A stretch of DNA of 63,675 nucleotides, filler included, from Octopus bimaculoides (Eukaryota): the NCBI RefSeq assembly GCF_001194135.2. It is 6 parts of 5 records of this genome, joined end to end, with 100 filler letters (N's around TTAATTAATTAA, not from the genome) between each part and the next. Parts side by side here need not be neighbours in the genome. Positions count along the whole stretch, not along the records: positions 1 to 10,334 come from NC_069009.1; positions 10,435 to 21,320 come from NC_068993.1; 4 more parts are not named here. One strand, written 5' to 3'. Below are positions 1 to 11,510 of this stretch, piece after piece; the stretch's first letter is position 1, and each line of letters begins with the position of its first letter. Made by a program: the position numbers and the translations under genes. The notes under the pieces are model-generated. The model ran no database searches and was not told the DNA's origin. It was given only the letters and a program-made list of their open reading frames with translations.

Positions 1-96
1 CCAGCATGGCTACAGTCAAATGACTGAAACAAGTAAAAGAATAAAAAAATTAAATGAATAAAATTTTTTCTTTTTTTTTTTCTCTTCTGTTTGCAG

Positions 97-228
97 ACTG
101 TCCATGATGCCAGGCAGTTGATGACACACCTGGATCCGAACCTAGGATCTCCTCTTCCAGAGAAGGATTACGGCGGCAACTGTTATATCTTTGATTCCAA
201 CCATTCAGACCCATTCCATAACTTGAAG
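97..228 (+). CDS. PTDSS2: Phosphatidylserine synthase 2, internal coding exon A ([44 protein letters not shown])
   Basis: Polypyrimidine tract + ttgcag acceptor (91-96) and AAG|gtaacg donor; 132 nt, phase 0-0. The peptide matches the recalled PSS2 motif DPxLGxPLPExDYGGNCxIxD...DPFHN. Confidence 0.95.
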
Positions 229-535
229 GTAACGAACAAACATATACAGACAAGCAGGATATCATACATACACCAGATTATGTATACACATATGCAACAT
301 ACATCACACAAAACCGCACGGACTTCATACACATACCACACATATGCGCACCACACATTTGCGCATCACACAAACACATAAGCCCCGCACATGCTACACA
401 CACAGCTATCTTTGTTCACTTCACCCTCTTTACATTACTGCTTCTCTTCCCATAACTATTCTATCATTTCCTGACTTTTGTACATAATTCTATGTACTGT
501 ACATGCACCTTTAATGAGTCGTAGTGCACAATAAT

Positions 536-1330
536 CTCATTATTATTATTGAGTGAGAGAGCAGTGCATGCCATCAAAGTGACACTGGGGTAAAATATAC
601 AAAGCCCAATATACCCGTCTGATAAGGGTACACCAGGTACATGCATCACAACCATATGTGCACGACATGGTGATCTCATATCAAGATAAACAGCGCATGA
701 CCTCGCAGGTGGGGCTCAGTTAGAATTATCTTCAGGTCGAGTAGCTCATCCTGCTCAAAAGGTCCCTGAATAAGGTTTGTTTAAGGATGTTGAGCAAAAC
801 ACCCATGTTTCCAAAGGTGAATTATTCAAACCCCAAAGAACTCCTCTCAACACATGGCTATGATGCTCCCCCACTATTTCTGCTCATGATCAGAGATGCA
901 CATATCGTCAGCCACCAAGGGACATGCTNNNNNNNNNNAGTTAGAATTATCTTCAGGTCGAGTAGCTCATCCTGCTCAAAAGGTCCCTGAATAAGGTTTG
1001 TTTAAGGATGTTGAGCAAAACACCCATGTTTCCAAAGGTGAATTATTCAAACCCCAAAGAACTCCTCTCAACACATGGCTATGATGCTCCCCCACTATTT
1101 CTGCTCATGATCAGAGATGCACATATCGTCAGCCACCAAGGGACATGCTCAACTGGTTAAGGTCAAACAACTGACAAGCAAATCTGTGGTATTAAGCAGA
1201 ATATTTGCTGTAGCCCATCTTTTTATACCAAGACAAAACAATGTACATGATAACACTTCCAATCAGTTAAGATCAGAAGCCATGAGAGCCACTGCCTGGT
1301 ACTGCATCCGGGCATTTATTATTATTATTT
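536..1330. repeat. Interspersed repeat with TAA-rich ends (probable retroposon), partly duplicated across a 10-N gap
   Basis: Non-coding block of higher GC bounded by (TTA)n/(ATT)n runs. 718-928 is repeated at 939-1149. Family not determined. Confidence 0.45.
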
Positions 1331-1780
1331 ACTCTGCCCATTTCCGATAACTGATGTTCTTTCATTGTTGACTCCACCCTCTTTCCATAACTGGTGCTCT
1401 ATCATTGAATCTGCCCATTTTCCATAACCAATACTCTGTTTTGTTAACTCCACCCACTTCAGGCTTTGTTCAGGTCACAATATCATTGGCTCCACCCATT
1501 TCATCACTATGACTGTCGTTATTGACATCATTCATTGTACGCCCTCGATGCTCTATTAATGTTGATTCTACCCCTTTATACCTTAAGCACCCTAATTATT
1601 GACTCTACACCTTCAATGTCATATCATTGCTGACTCCATCCACTATACATATCATATTGTTGGCGACACCCACTTTACACCTTCCCACTTTACGCTTTAA
1701 ATATTATATCAATGTTAACTCCTCCCAGTTCAGAATTTGGCACCTCTTACATGTTGATTCCCCTCCTATCAGCATCTGGA
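1330..1780. repeat. Highly degenerate minisatellite with core ttgactccaccc / tctgcccattt
   Basis: Recurrent variants gttgactccaccc, gttaactccaccc, attggctccaccc, gttgattctaccc, attgactctacac, gctgactccatcc and gttaactcctccc at irregular spacing of roughly 40-80 bp. Confidence 0.6.
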
Positions 1781-1953
1781 TATTTAGACTATTTCACTGT
1801 GGGCCTTATTTTCACCACTTCCATGTGCGTGTGAGAGGCAGTGGAGTGGATTTGATGTCATTTGAACCCAGATCTTCTCACATTGTTTTTTATTTTTATA
1901 TGTAATGAAAATGAACCATTTTTTTTTCTCTCTTTCTCTCATCCAAACCCCAG

Positions 1954-2004
1954 GACAAGATGGATGGTTTCGTAGTAACACACTTCCTTGGATGGTGGCT
2001 TAAG
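1954..2004 (+). CDS. PTDSS2: PTDSS2 exon B (DKMDGFVVTHFLGWWLK)
   Basis: ccccag acceptor and AAG|gtaagt donor; 51 nt. It matches PSS2 DKLDGFVxAHFLGWYLK rather than the PSS1 equivalent. Confidence 0.95.
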
Positions 2005-2344
2005 GTAAGTATTCTCTTATCTTTTATGTGATTCAGCCATTGACTTGTGGCCATGCTGGGGCACCACCTCAACAGCTTATCAATGGCCAATAGATGTCCT
2101 CTTCTTCATTTTCCTAATCACATTGGTGTCCAGATGGCAAGTGATTTCCACTACAGAACATATTTTTTTGTCATGGTCCCATACAACAATATCTGACTGA
2201 TTGTGTTTTAATTTATCTGTTTTAATTTTTAAGTTCCATCAATATTTTTTTTGACCCACTGGTCTCAATAAAATCAGCTTAAACTGCTAGTGTATTTTTT
2301 TCTCTTATTCCAACTTGTTTAGGCTACCACATCATATTTCATGG

Positions 2345-2600
2345 GAAGATAACTGTTGAGTAGCCAGATTAGCAAGTTGCTTGTAAATAGTAGTGGTCTG
2401 ATTGGTCAAGAACACTTGTGCCATGCGCTGTTCAGGTACAGCATTAGCAGCCACAAACGTGCGGAATCTTGACCAGTAATCAGGCCATAGTTCTGTCGTT
2501 GAATCAAAAGCAGTAAATGGTGNNNNNNNNNNGCCATAGTTCTGTCGTTGAATCAAAAGCAGTAAATGGTGGAATCGACACTGTTGTCGAAGCAGCTGAA
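2345..2600 (-). mobile_element. Ty3/Gypsy gag N-terminal fragment in a PTDSS2 intron
   Basis: Translation FTAFDSTTELWPDYWSRFRTFVAANAVPEQRMAQVFLTNQTTTIYKQL fits the W..Y..RF..F..AN pattern at the start of Gypsy gag. No pol nearby. Confidence 0.65.
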
Positions 2601-2626
2601 AAATAGCCACTGGAATCGCCTTCAAC

Positions 2627-2965
2627 TCTCACAGTTGGCAGTAATATGGTTCATGTCACAGAGGCAATGACAGGTGACCGAGACCTTTGGCAATATACCA
2701 TGCTTCAGAAGATTTGTCAAGCCAAGTGAAATCATATTTGCGACCAATGCCGGTGTCATGTAACTGGCACCCATCCAGTGGCACATAAAAAGCACCCACT
2801 GCATATTTGAAGTGGTTGGTGTTAAGAAGGGCATCCAGCTGTAGAAACCATACCAAATCAGATTGAAACCTGGTGCAGCCTTCCAGCTTACCAGTTTTGG
2901 TCAAACCATCCAACCCATGCCAGCACAGATAGCAGACAATAAATGATGTTGATGATGACGGTGAT
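2627..2965 (+). mobile_element. Retroposon with RTE-like 3' tail ending in (GAT)n
   Basis: Shared tail ...aagggcatccagctgtagaaac...aacccatgccagca...atgatgatga, also at 7255-7730, 23100-23760 and 62575-63200. Confidence 0.7.
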
Positions 2966-3573
2966 GTCTTTAGTCTAAGTTTTGCTCAGCCTACATTTGT
3001 TGTGTATCACCATCATCATCATTTTAATATCATCTTTTTCTATGCTTGTATGGTTCAGACAATATTTATTGAAGCAGATTTTCTACAATCAGATGCCTGT
3101 CTTGTCATGAAATTTCTCCATGGTCAGACATGTGTTTATGAAAGATTGAAAGCAAAGACACTGCTTGTATGTTGGTGATGCTTGTTTACAACTATTAATC
3201 AATATGAAGGCAACAGGGCATTAGCATACACTCATACATATATACATGCATGCGTATATATATATATATATATATCTTAAAAATAAAAGTGAATTTCTGT
3301 CTGCCTGGGACCTCTGTATCTCAGACTACATTTACTCTACATAGTCATATTATACCTTTTTGGAATCAGGACCATCATGGGATTGAAAATCTGGCCTTCA
3401 TTTGGTTCTTGAACATCCAACATTGGGATCTGATTTCAAAGCATCTGAGTTGCTATTTCTAGCAAATAAAGCTTGACTGATTCTTGCCATCTGAGCCTAC
3501 ATATGTAATGTGTGTGTGTGTGTGTGTTATGTATGTCTACTGTCTACATTGTTCTTTTGTTTCTGTTCTCTAG

Positions 3574-3687
3574 ACACTGATATTAAGAGACTGGTGGCTA
3601 TGTACAGTGTTGAGTATCATGTTTGAGGTTTTGGAATACACTCTGGAACATCAACTACCCAACTTCAGTGAGTGCTGGTGGGACCAT
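3574..3687 (+). CDS. PTDSS2: PTDSS2 exon C ([38 protein letters not shown])
   Basis: ttctctag acceptor and CAT|gtaagt donor; 114 nt. It carries the PSS-family hallmark [13 protein letters not shown]. Confidence 0.97.
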
Positions 3688-3727
3688 GTAAGTATATATA
3701 TATACACATATATATATATATATATCA

Positions 3728-3962
3728 TTTATCTTTCACTCGTTTCAGTCAGTAGGCTGTGGCCATGCTGGGGCACCACTTTGAAGAACTTTTAGTTGCC
3801 TGAATCAATCCTGGTACTTTTTTTTTTTTTTCTTGTTAAAGCCTGACACTTATTCTATCGGTCTCTTTTGTGAAACTGCTAAGTTACTGGGACGTAAACA
3901 CACCATCACCGGTTGTCAAGTGATGGTAGGTGACAATCACTGGCACAAAGATGCACACACAC
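3728..3962 (-). mobile_element. tRNA-derived SINE family D, 3' half, CpG-decayed copy
   Basis: Shares ggccatgctgg..cacc, tattctatcggtctctttt and ggttgtcaag with copies at 15190, 22381, 33265 and 55862. Confidence 0.8.
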
Positions 3963-4142
3963 CTGAGTACCTGTATTAGTACCTGTAATTGTTTTTTAGC
4001 CCTGAGTCAGTCCTGTCTTGTTACATCATAACAACCCTCTGATTCCAACCCCTGTTGAGTACTTTCACCCTTTTTCCTCATTAATCCCCTTAATCCACAC
4101 AAATCCTTTATATATGTTTCGCTTTCTTGTGTATATTTTCAG

Positions 4143-4261
4143 TGGATTATGGATGTCCTGGTGTGTAATGGTTTAGGGATATACCTTGGCCTGCAGACCC
4201 TCCGCTATTTGTCCCTCAAGCAGTATCATTGGAGAGGCATGTGGAACATACCCACCTACAG
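4143..4261 (+). CDS. PTDSS2: PTDSS2 exon D ([39 protein letters not shown])
   Basis: ttttcag acceptor and CAG|gttggt donor; 119 nt, phase 0-2. [14 protein letters not shown] matches recalled human PSS2. Confidence 0.96.
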
Positions 4262-5016
4262 GTTGGTACCCTGGCTGCTCAGCCTGCACACTCCCTGGGG
4301 CTCTGCTTCTACTTCCATCTTCCATGCTGGTATTAGTTGGATGGTTGGATGGTTTGCTAGGATCTAACAAAGCGAAGGAGTCCAATAACTGCTTTAGTAT
4401 GGTTTCTACAGCTGGATGCTCTTTCTAATGCCAACCATTCTACTGAATGTACTGGGTGCTTTTTATGTGGCACCAGCACTAGTAAGGTTACCAAGTAAGT
4501 TGCAAGACAAGACCCCCCCTCAGCTGAGTGGGGTTGCAGTATCGAGTGAGTTGGCGTTGTGCCAGATGCTGGGAGGCTAAATTATGAGAAAGAGACAGGA
4601 ATACATATGTTGATACAGAGGCTGCACAAGTACATATATACACATGCACGTGTGTTTGTGCATGTACAGGGGTAGCCTGTATATACATCTGTGTCTCATA
4701 AGAGAGATATAGATGGGTAGACAAATATATCGATAGGTACATTGATAGATATAGGTGTAGCTATATATATATAAATACCTATTTAGGTAGTAAATACATG
4801 GGCAGATAGACTTTAATAGATGGGTAAATAGACAGAATAAGTAGATATAGAGTTTGACAGATAGATATGTCGGTAGGTAGATAGATAGCTATATTAATAG
4901 ATACATTAATAGGTAGATACACTGATAGATAGATAGATAGCTATATAGATATATAACTAGCTAGTTAGATAGACAGACAGACAAGCAAATAAATAGATTG
5001 GTAGATAGATAGATGT

Positions 5017-5111
5017 GGAGGCGCAATGGCCCAGTGGTTAGGGCAGCAGACTCGCGGTCATAGGATCGCGGTTTCGATTCCCAGACCGGGCGTTGTGAAT
5101 GTTTATTGAGC
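5017..5111 (+). mobile_element. SINE family C, tRNA-like head only
   Basis: A-box ggcccagtggttag and B-box ggtttcgattccc. Matches the start of the full copy at 5889 and is truncated at the foldback element. Confidence 0.8.
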
Positions 5112-5407
5112 GGTTAGGTTGTTATGGAGAGGTGTTCTGGAAAATTTTTTATTGATTAAATTTGGGGTTATGTTATTGTTTGAAATTTATTCATGTATGT
5201 GGAATTTTGTTTAGAATTCATTCATGTATGTAGAACTTTGTTAGCAGGTGTATATATTTAGGTGTGCACACCTGTTTCCAAAGTTCTACATACATGAATA
5301 AATTCCAAACAAAGTTCTACATACATGAATAAATTGTATACAATAACATAACCCCAAATTTAATCAATAAAAATTTCTCCAAAACACCTCTCCATAACAA
5401 CCCACCC
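5112..5407. repeat. Foldback / long inverted repeat (about 130-bp arms, about 40-bp spacer)
   Basis: Left arm ggttgttatggagaggtgtt...attgattaaatttggggttatgttattg...catgtatgtagaactttg is the reverse complement of right arm caaagttctacatacatg...caataacataaccccaaatttaatcaat...aacacctctccataacaacc. Confidence 0.9.
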
Positions 5408-5473
5408 TAAGACCTAATAACCACTCCTCTCAAACCCAATAAAGATTTTAATTCAACAGTGACTAGATTAACT

Positions 5474-5701
5474 TTAACCCTTTCATTACCAACCTGGCTG
5501 AAACCGGCTCTGGCTTTGAGTATAAATGTCTTGTTTTCATAAGTTTTGAATTAAAATCTTCCACCAAACTTTAGTCACAATTTATGTTCCTAACACCAGC
5601 TTAGTGACAACTAAGTTATTTTACTAAATTCTTTGTTATATTTTAAATAATTGAAAGATACACAGAGCATCTCAACAGAAATATGGTAACGAAAGTGTTA
5701 A
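5474..5701. mobile_element. piggyBac-type MITE (TTAA target duplication)
   Basis: TTAA at 5474-5477 and 5698-5701. TIRs ccctttcattacca and tggtaacgaaagtg match 12/14. No ORF. Confidence 0.8.
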
Positions 5702-5888
5702 TGCATTGCAGTCTGACAATGGCTTAACTGGCTAAAACTTTGAAGTCACTGTCAATAATATTTTTACTTAGGAATAATAAATTTGTACTCTGCAAAAGTA
5801 AAGAGCAGTGGTTCTTAACCTGGGGGTCGTTTGGGGTTTCTCAGTGGGGTCATGGAGGATTTAGGAAAAAGTAATATATTTCATGAGT

Positions 5889-6250
5889 GGAGGGGCAATG
5901 ATGGTCCAGTTATAGGATCACGGTTTCGATTCCCAGACCGGGCGTTGTGAGTGTTTATTGAGTGAAAACACCTAAAGCTCCACGAGGCTCCGGCAGGGGA
6001 TGGTGGCGAACCCTGCTGTACTCTTTCACCACAACTTTCTCTCGCCCTTACTTCCTGTTTCTGTTGTGCCTGTAATTCAAAGGGTCAGCCTTGTCACACT
6101 GTGTCACGCTGAATATCCCCGAGAACTACTTTAAGGGTACACGTGTCTATGGAGTGCTCAGCCATTTGCACATTAATTTCACGAGCAGGCTGTTCCATCA
6201 ATCAGATCAACTGGAACCCTCGGCGTCGTAAGCGACGGAGTGCCAACAAC
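5889..6250 (+). mobile_element. SINE family C, near full length
   Basis: B-box ggtttcgattcccagaccgggcgttgtga, body aaaacacctaaagctccacgagg, tail ...gacggagtgcc(aac)n. Confidence 0.8.
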
Positions 6251-6373
6251 AACAAGAAACACAAAAACTGTTAGATTCACTTCAGCATTTAAATTTAATT
6301 TGCCAAAAATATTTTTGTCGCTTTGAGACTGCAACCCATTCACTGACAAAATTCCCTGCTGCATATATATACA

Positions 6374-6413
<40 letters not shown>

Positions 6414-6547
6414 ACACACAAGGTATTAGTCAACTCTCTGCGCTAGTAGAAAATACTCTCAAACATACAGTGTTTTAAATGGTTTTGGTTGCTATTTTTA
6501 GCAGATTCTTGTTGTTAACATACCATCTTTTCTTTTAACACTTTCAG

Positions 6548-6662
6548 TGGCAAGCTGAGACGCGTGGCTGCCCAATTTACCCCATACAGTTGGACAGACT
6601 ATGAGTGGACACCGACCAGCAGCCTTAAGCGGTGGATGGCCATGCTTGGCGTTATTGCAATA
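6548..6662 (+). CDS. PTDSS2: PTDSS2 exon E (S-GKLRRVAAQFTPYSWTDYEWTPTSSLKRWMAMLGVIAI)
   Basis: ctttcag acceptor and ATA|gtaagg donor; 115 nt, phase 2-0, compatible with exon D. QFTPYSW motif present. Confidence 0.96.
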
Positions 6663-6776
6663 GTAAGGACACACTTTTCTTATTCTCTTCTCTCATCATC
6701 ATCATCACCACCATCAAATCTATATTGACATCTGCATTTCATTTGTATACTTGAAAACACCGTTTTTTACTCTTTA

Positions 6777-6829
<53 letters not shown>

Positions 6830-6834
6830 CTCTC

Positions 6835-7050
6835 CACACCACCGATGCTATCCAAGGGAAAGGCAAAGGGGCCGATACAGCTTGGCACCTGTGATGATGC
6901 AACTCGTTTCTACAGCTGAGTGATTTGGAGCAACGTGAAATAAAGTGTTTTGCTCAAGAACACAAAACACAGCCCCGTCTGGGAATCGAACTCACTACCT
7001 TATGACTATGAGCCCAATACTCTAACCTATGAGTCATGCACCTTCAACAT
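6835..7050 (-). mobile_element. tRNA-derived SINE family F
   Basis: Shares gagcaacgtgaaataaagtgttttgctcaagaacaca..gc.cc.gtct.g.aatcgaa with 40845-41140, 48055-48290 and 56764-57000. Confidence 0.7.
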
Positions 7051-7254
7051 GCACCATATATAAATATATGTACCACATATATATATATATTTGTCATTGC
7101 CTCCATGAGGCCCAACGTTTGCGAGATGCTTTTTACATGCCACGTGCACGGGTGCTAGTTATGCAACACCGGCATCGGCCACATTGCCTCTGTGAGACCC
7201 AAAGCTCAAATGGTGCTTTTTACATGACACCAGCATGATGTTTGTGTGACTTTA

Positions 7255-7730
7255 TACCATCATCAGCATTTAATGTCCATTTTCCATAATCACCGTGCCA
7301 ACGTCGTCTCCTTCATTGGACACGAAACTCAGCTTGCAAAGACTTATTGGGGCAAGTGAAAGCGAAATTGGGATGGCACCTGTGCCCAGCGTCGCCTTTC
7401 TGGCACTTGTGCCCGTGACATGTGTAAGGATTTTCGAGCGAGATCGTTGCCAGTGCCCCTGGACTGGCTCTTGTGCGGGTGGCACATAAAATACACCATT
7501 TTGAGCGTGGCCGTTGCCAGTACCGCCTGACTGGCCTTCGTGCGGGTGACACGTAAAAGAACCCACTACACTCTCAGAGTGGTTGGCGTTAGGAAGGACA
7601 TTCAACTGTAGAAACTCTGCCAAATCAGATTGGAGCCTGGTGTTGCCATCCGGTTTCACCAGTCCTCAGTCAAATCGTCCAACCCATGCTAGCATGGAAA
7701 GCGGACGTTAAACGATGATGATGATGATGA
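7255..7730 (+). mobile_element. Retroposon with RTE-like tail, (GAT)n end and internal ~60-bp repeat units
   Basis: Units gccagt...gactggc...gtggcac.taaaa; tail aacccatgctagcatggaaagcggacgttaaacgatgatgatg. Confidence 0.75.
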
Positions 7731-7900
7731 CCACCATCACTACTACTACTACTACTACTACCACCACAACAACTAAAACTACCACAAACATGATGACCAC
7801 TATCACCACCACTGCCATCACTATCCCCAATAATCACACTACCACCACCACCACCACCACCACTACCGACACCAAGATCTTCCACTATCACCAATGTCAT
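7712..7900. repeat. Compound trinucleotide microsatellite (GAT/ACT/ACC)n just upstream of exon F
   Basis: Seen directly; it explains the poly-T and poly-G/S pseudo-ORFs here. Confidence 0.95.
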
Positions 7901-7920
7901 GTCTGTGTGTCCATTTTCAG

Positions 7921-8066
7921 TTCCTGCTAGCAGAGTTGAACACCTTCTATTTGAAGTTTGTGCTTTGGATACCCCCAGAACACTACTTGTGTCTGGGTCG
8001 GTTGACCCTCTTCCTTGTGATGGGTGCTGTTGCTATGAGGGAGGTATTCCAGTACCTTGATGACCC
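7921..8066 (+). CDS. PTDSS2: PTDSS2 exon F ([49 protein letters not shown])
   Basis: ttttcag acceptor and CC|gtaagt donor; 146 nt, phase 0-2. [19 protein letters not shown] hallmark present. Confidence 0.97.
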
Positions 8067-8240
8067 GTAAGTACCCAGTACATCAATCTTTTCTTTCTTT
8101 TCCTCTATTTTTTTTTTTTCTAATAACAATAATTATAGTAATAATTATAATCCTTTCAACCTGAAGGCAAATTTGACTTTGAAATTTGAACTTGTTAAAT
8201 ATTTCACCTAATGTACTAACAAGTCTTCCAACTCACCACC

Positions 8241-8280
<40 letters not shown>

Positions 8281-8293
8281 TGATAATAATAAT

Positions 8294-8506
8294 CCATTCT
8301 ACTAAAGGCACAAGGTCTGAAATTTTTGGGAAGGGGGACTGGCCGATTATATCAACCCCAGTGTTTCACAGGTACTGAATTAATCAATCTCAAAAGTATG
8401 AAAGGCAAAGTCAACCTCGGCAGAATTTGAACTCATAACGCAGTGACAGATGAAATATGGCCAAGCATTTTGCTTGGCGTGCTAATGATTCTGCCAGCTC
8501 ACCACC
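8294..8506 (-). mobile_element. tRNA-derived SINE family B, CpG-decayed
   Basis: Reverse-complement head ggtggtgagctggcagaatcattagcacgcc and B-box gagttcaaattctgcc. Confidence 0.85.
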
Positions 8507-8585
8507 TTAAGAATATAATAATCTTTTCTATTATATGCAGAAGATCAACAATTTTGGGTGAGGGAACTAACCGATTATGTCAGTT

Positions 8586-8622
<37 letters not shown>

Positions 8623-9164
8623 ATAATATTAGGGACAAAATCCAAAATTACAGGTAAAAACTCAATTAAAATCAATTTATAAAAAATTAAAATTAAATTG
8701 AGCTTTATAGATAAAATATATATAAAATATATAGTTTTAGGGAAAATAACCAAGTTTCAAGAACTCATCGATGNNNNNNNNNNNNNNNNNNNNNNNNNNN
8801 NNNNNNNNNNNNNNNNNNNNNNNNNNNNNNNNNNNNNNNNNNNNNNNNNNNNNNNNNNNNNNNNNNNNNNNNNNNNNNNNNNNNNNNNNNNNNNNNNNNN
8901 NNNNNNNNNNNNNNNNNNNNNNNNNNNNNNNNNNNNNNNNNNNNNNNNNNNNNNNNNNNNNNNNNNNNNNNNNNNNNNNNNNNNNNNNNNNNNNNNNNNN
9001 NNNNNNNNNNNNNNNNNNNNNNNNNNNNNNNNNNNNNNNNNNNNNNNNNNNNNNNNNNNNNGTCCAACCCATGCTAGCATGGAAAGCGGACGTTAAACGA
9101 TGATGATGATATACATATTCGCCATGATAGATCGCTAGCCACTAAGCCTTTTTCTATTTTCTCT

Positions 9165-9389
9165 CCCTGTTTATTTCTTATTTCTTTATTGCTCACAAGG
9201 GGCTTAACATAGAGGGGACAAACAAGGACAGACAAACGGATTAAGCCGATTACATCGACCCCAGTGCGTAACTGGTACTTAATTTATCGACCCTGAAAGG
9301 ATGAAAGGCAAAGTCGACCTCAGTAGAATTTGAACTCAGAACGTAACGGCAGATGAAATACCGCTTAGCATTTCTGCCAGCTCACCACC
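9165..9389 (-). mobile_element. SINE family B (alternative tail)
   Basis: Same head with a tail ttgtttgtcccctctatgttaagcccc shared with 32584 and 51629. Confidence 0.85.
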
Positions 9390-9530
9390 TGTTTACTTCT
9401 GTATTCCTTTCTGTCGAAGAGCATAGGCTCAAAATATAAAAGACTTTCTCACTTCCCAAGCGTTAAACTAATACATGTGTTTGTTGTTTACGCACCCGTC
9501 TTCATCTTTTGTTGTTTTGTAAATTCTCAC

Positions 9531-9563
<33 letters not shown>

Positions 9564-10334
9564 ATAGTTGAAATTTATAGAAAAACAAAAGACGAAAACA
9601 GGTGTATGAGCAACAAGCAGGTGTATTAGTTTGATGCTCAGGAAAATGAAAAAAATTCTTGTAGATTTAGCAGTCAAGAATGCTGAATGTTATGTATATA
9701 TACATATACATAACATAATGTAGGTGGCTGTATGCAATATGAAACCAAAAAGGAAAAAATTCAGTTGTTGTTACTAATTGTGACTGATGGTGCAGGGAAG
9801 GACATACTTTGCTAGAAATAAGAGCTAAAAGCCCTTACAGCCACAGGAAGCACATGTCTATGCACCGACAGGGAAGATAACCACCCCACGGCAAGTAAAA
9901 TTATCATAGTGGTCTAGTTTCACTTAGAATTAAAGCTCATCAGTGGTGACTCCATTGCTGGATGGATTAACTAAATCCCAACTGTCAGTATGTATAATTT
10001 ACCATATGAATCAGGCTGATTCAGCAAAATAGATAAATTTTGACTGCTATTTTTTCAGCGTGGTGGTATCTCTTGATACCCTGTATTATAATTTTAAATA
10101 ATTATTACCTTTGATGGTTTTTATTCCCATGCTGACCACTTGATAAGATCAATATTTTAAATATCGATCTTATCCTTATTTATATAAATATATATATATA
10201 TATATATATGCATGTGTGTGTTTGTGTGTCTGTGTTTGTCCCTCCAACATCGCTTGACAACCGATGCTGGTGTGTGTACATCCCCGTAACTTAGCGGTTC
10301 GGCAAAAGAGGCCGATAGAATAAGTACTAGGCAT

Positions 10335-10434
10335 NNNNNNNNNNNNNNNNNNNNNNNNNNNNNNNNNNNNNNNNNNNNTTAATTAATTAANNNNNNNNNN
10401 NNNNNNNNNNNNNNNNNNNNNNNNNNNNNNNNNN
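10335..10434. other. Artificial scaffold join N44-TTAATTAATTAA-N44 (also 21321-21420, 26684-26783, 52470-52569, 61524-61623)
   Basis: Identical 100-bp geometry five times; the palindromic 12-mer has stops in all six frames. Confidence 0.97.
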
Positions 10435-11438
10435 AGTTCCTCAGAGCACGCATCCTAGCTCTGACAACGCATCCTTCGTATTTGGCGTTAAAGTGTTGGT
10501 CGAGGGCCAACCTCGCTGCCAGTACGTTGGACGCGATGCCAATTCTAAGTGCCTCTTCTAATTTCTTAACTAGGTCTCTCTCTATTCTATTTCAGTCTAA
10601 TGCTAGGGCCTTACTGTACCCAACCGATCCTGCTTCAATTGCTTTCTTTAGGGCATACCACCATCTATTGTTGACGATGGCGCCCGTCAATGCTCTCTTA
10701 AATATTGTGCTAATCCGGTCCCTGTAAGCTTGGCGTGCCGTGAACGACGCGTTTAGCTTCCAGTAACCGGGACTCTGCCTATGTGTCTTATCTAAGTCAA
10801 GTGTACAAGTCACAAATTTGTGATCTGTGCAGCTGATTATGTGGAATTGTCCGACAGAATACTCCATCTAAATACGATCTGGATGACCCGCGGCGGTTGC
10901 TCCATGTCCACATTGGCACATTCAGGTGGTCCAGTCGTTACCTGTCAGACAGTTGAAAACGTCTGAGCAGGTCTTTGAGGTATTTACATCCCATCCTATT
11001 ACTATCTCTGCCCACGTAGTCTAAATGCGTGTCCAAGGTAGCGTTCCAATCCCCCACTAAAAGAAAAGGTCGAGACGTTCCCAGGAAAACCTCTAGACGT
11101 CGAAAGAAATCTGGCCGACCTGTCAAGGACGGTGCATAAACTGTTATCAGTCGAAAAGCACACCCATTACTGCCATCGACATCAAGACGACCAGCCTACC
11201 CTCCGAGTCTAGGAAAATTGCTCTTACTTTGAGGCCCAGACTTGTCTGAGGAAGCACCGCGGTGCCACCCCCGCCCATTCTCAGCAGACAAGGAGAAAAA
11301 TAAATGTCGAAATGTCCGCCGAACATGTACTGGAGAACCCGTAGGTTGTGGAGTCTGGTCTCACTGATGGCTATGATATGCAGATTCTGTGACTTAATGT
11401 CAATTTAACCGGCAGCCTTGTTTCCAAGGCGACCCCAA
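10435..11438 (-). mobile_element. L1/Tx1-clade LINE ORF2, AP-endonuclease region (degenerate, truncated by a scaffold join)
   Basis: IIAISETR, VYAP, LLVGDWNA, WTW...SRSYLD, SCTDHK and PGYWKLN motifs across frames, with stops and frameshifts. Confidence 0.88.
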
Positions 11439-11448
11439 NNNNNNNNNN

Positions 11449-11509
<61 letters not shown>

Positions 11510-11510
<1 letters not shown>

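Noticed and set aside
10379-10390. Recurrent palindrome TTAATTAATTAA (5 copies)
   Set aside because: It is always centred in 44+44 Ns, so it is an artificial scaffolding linker.
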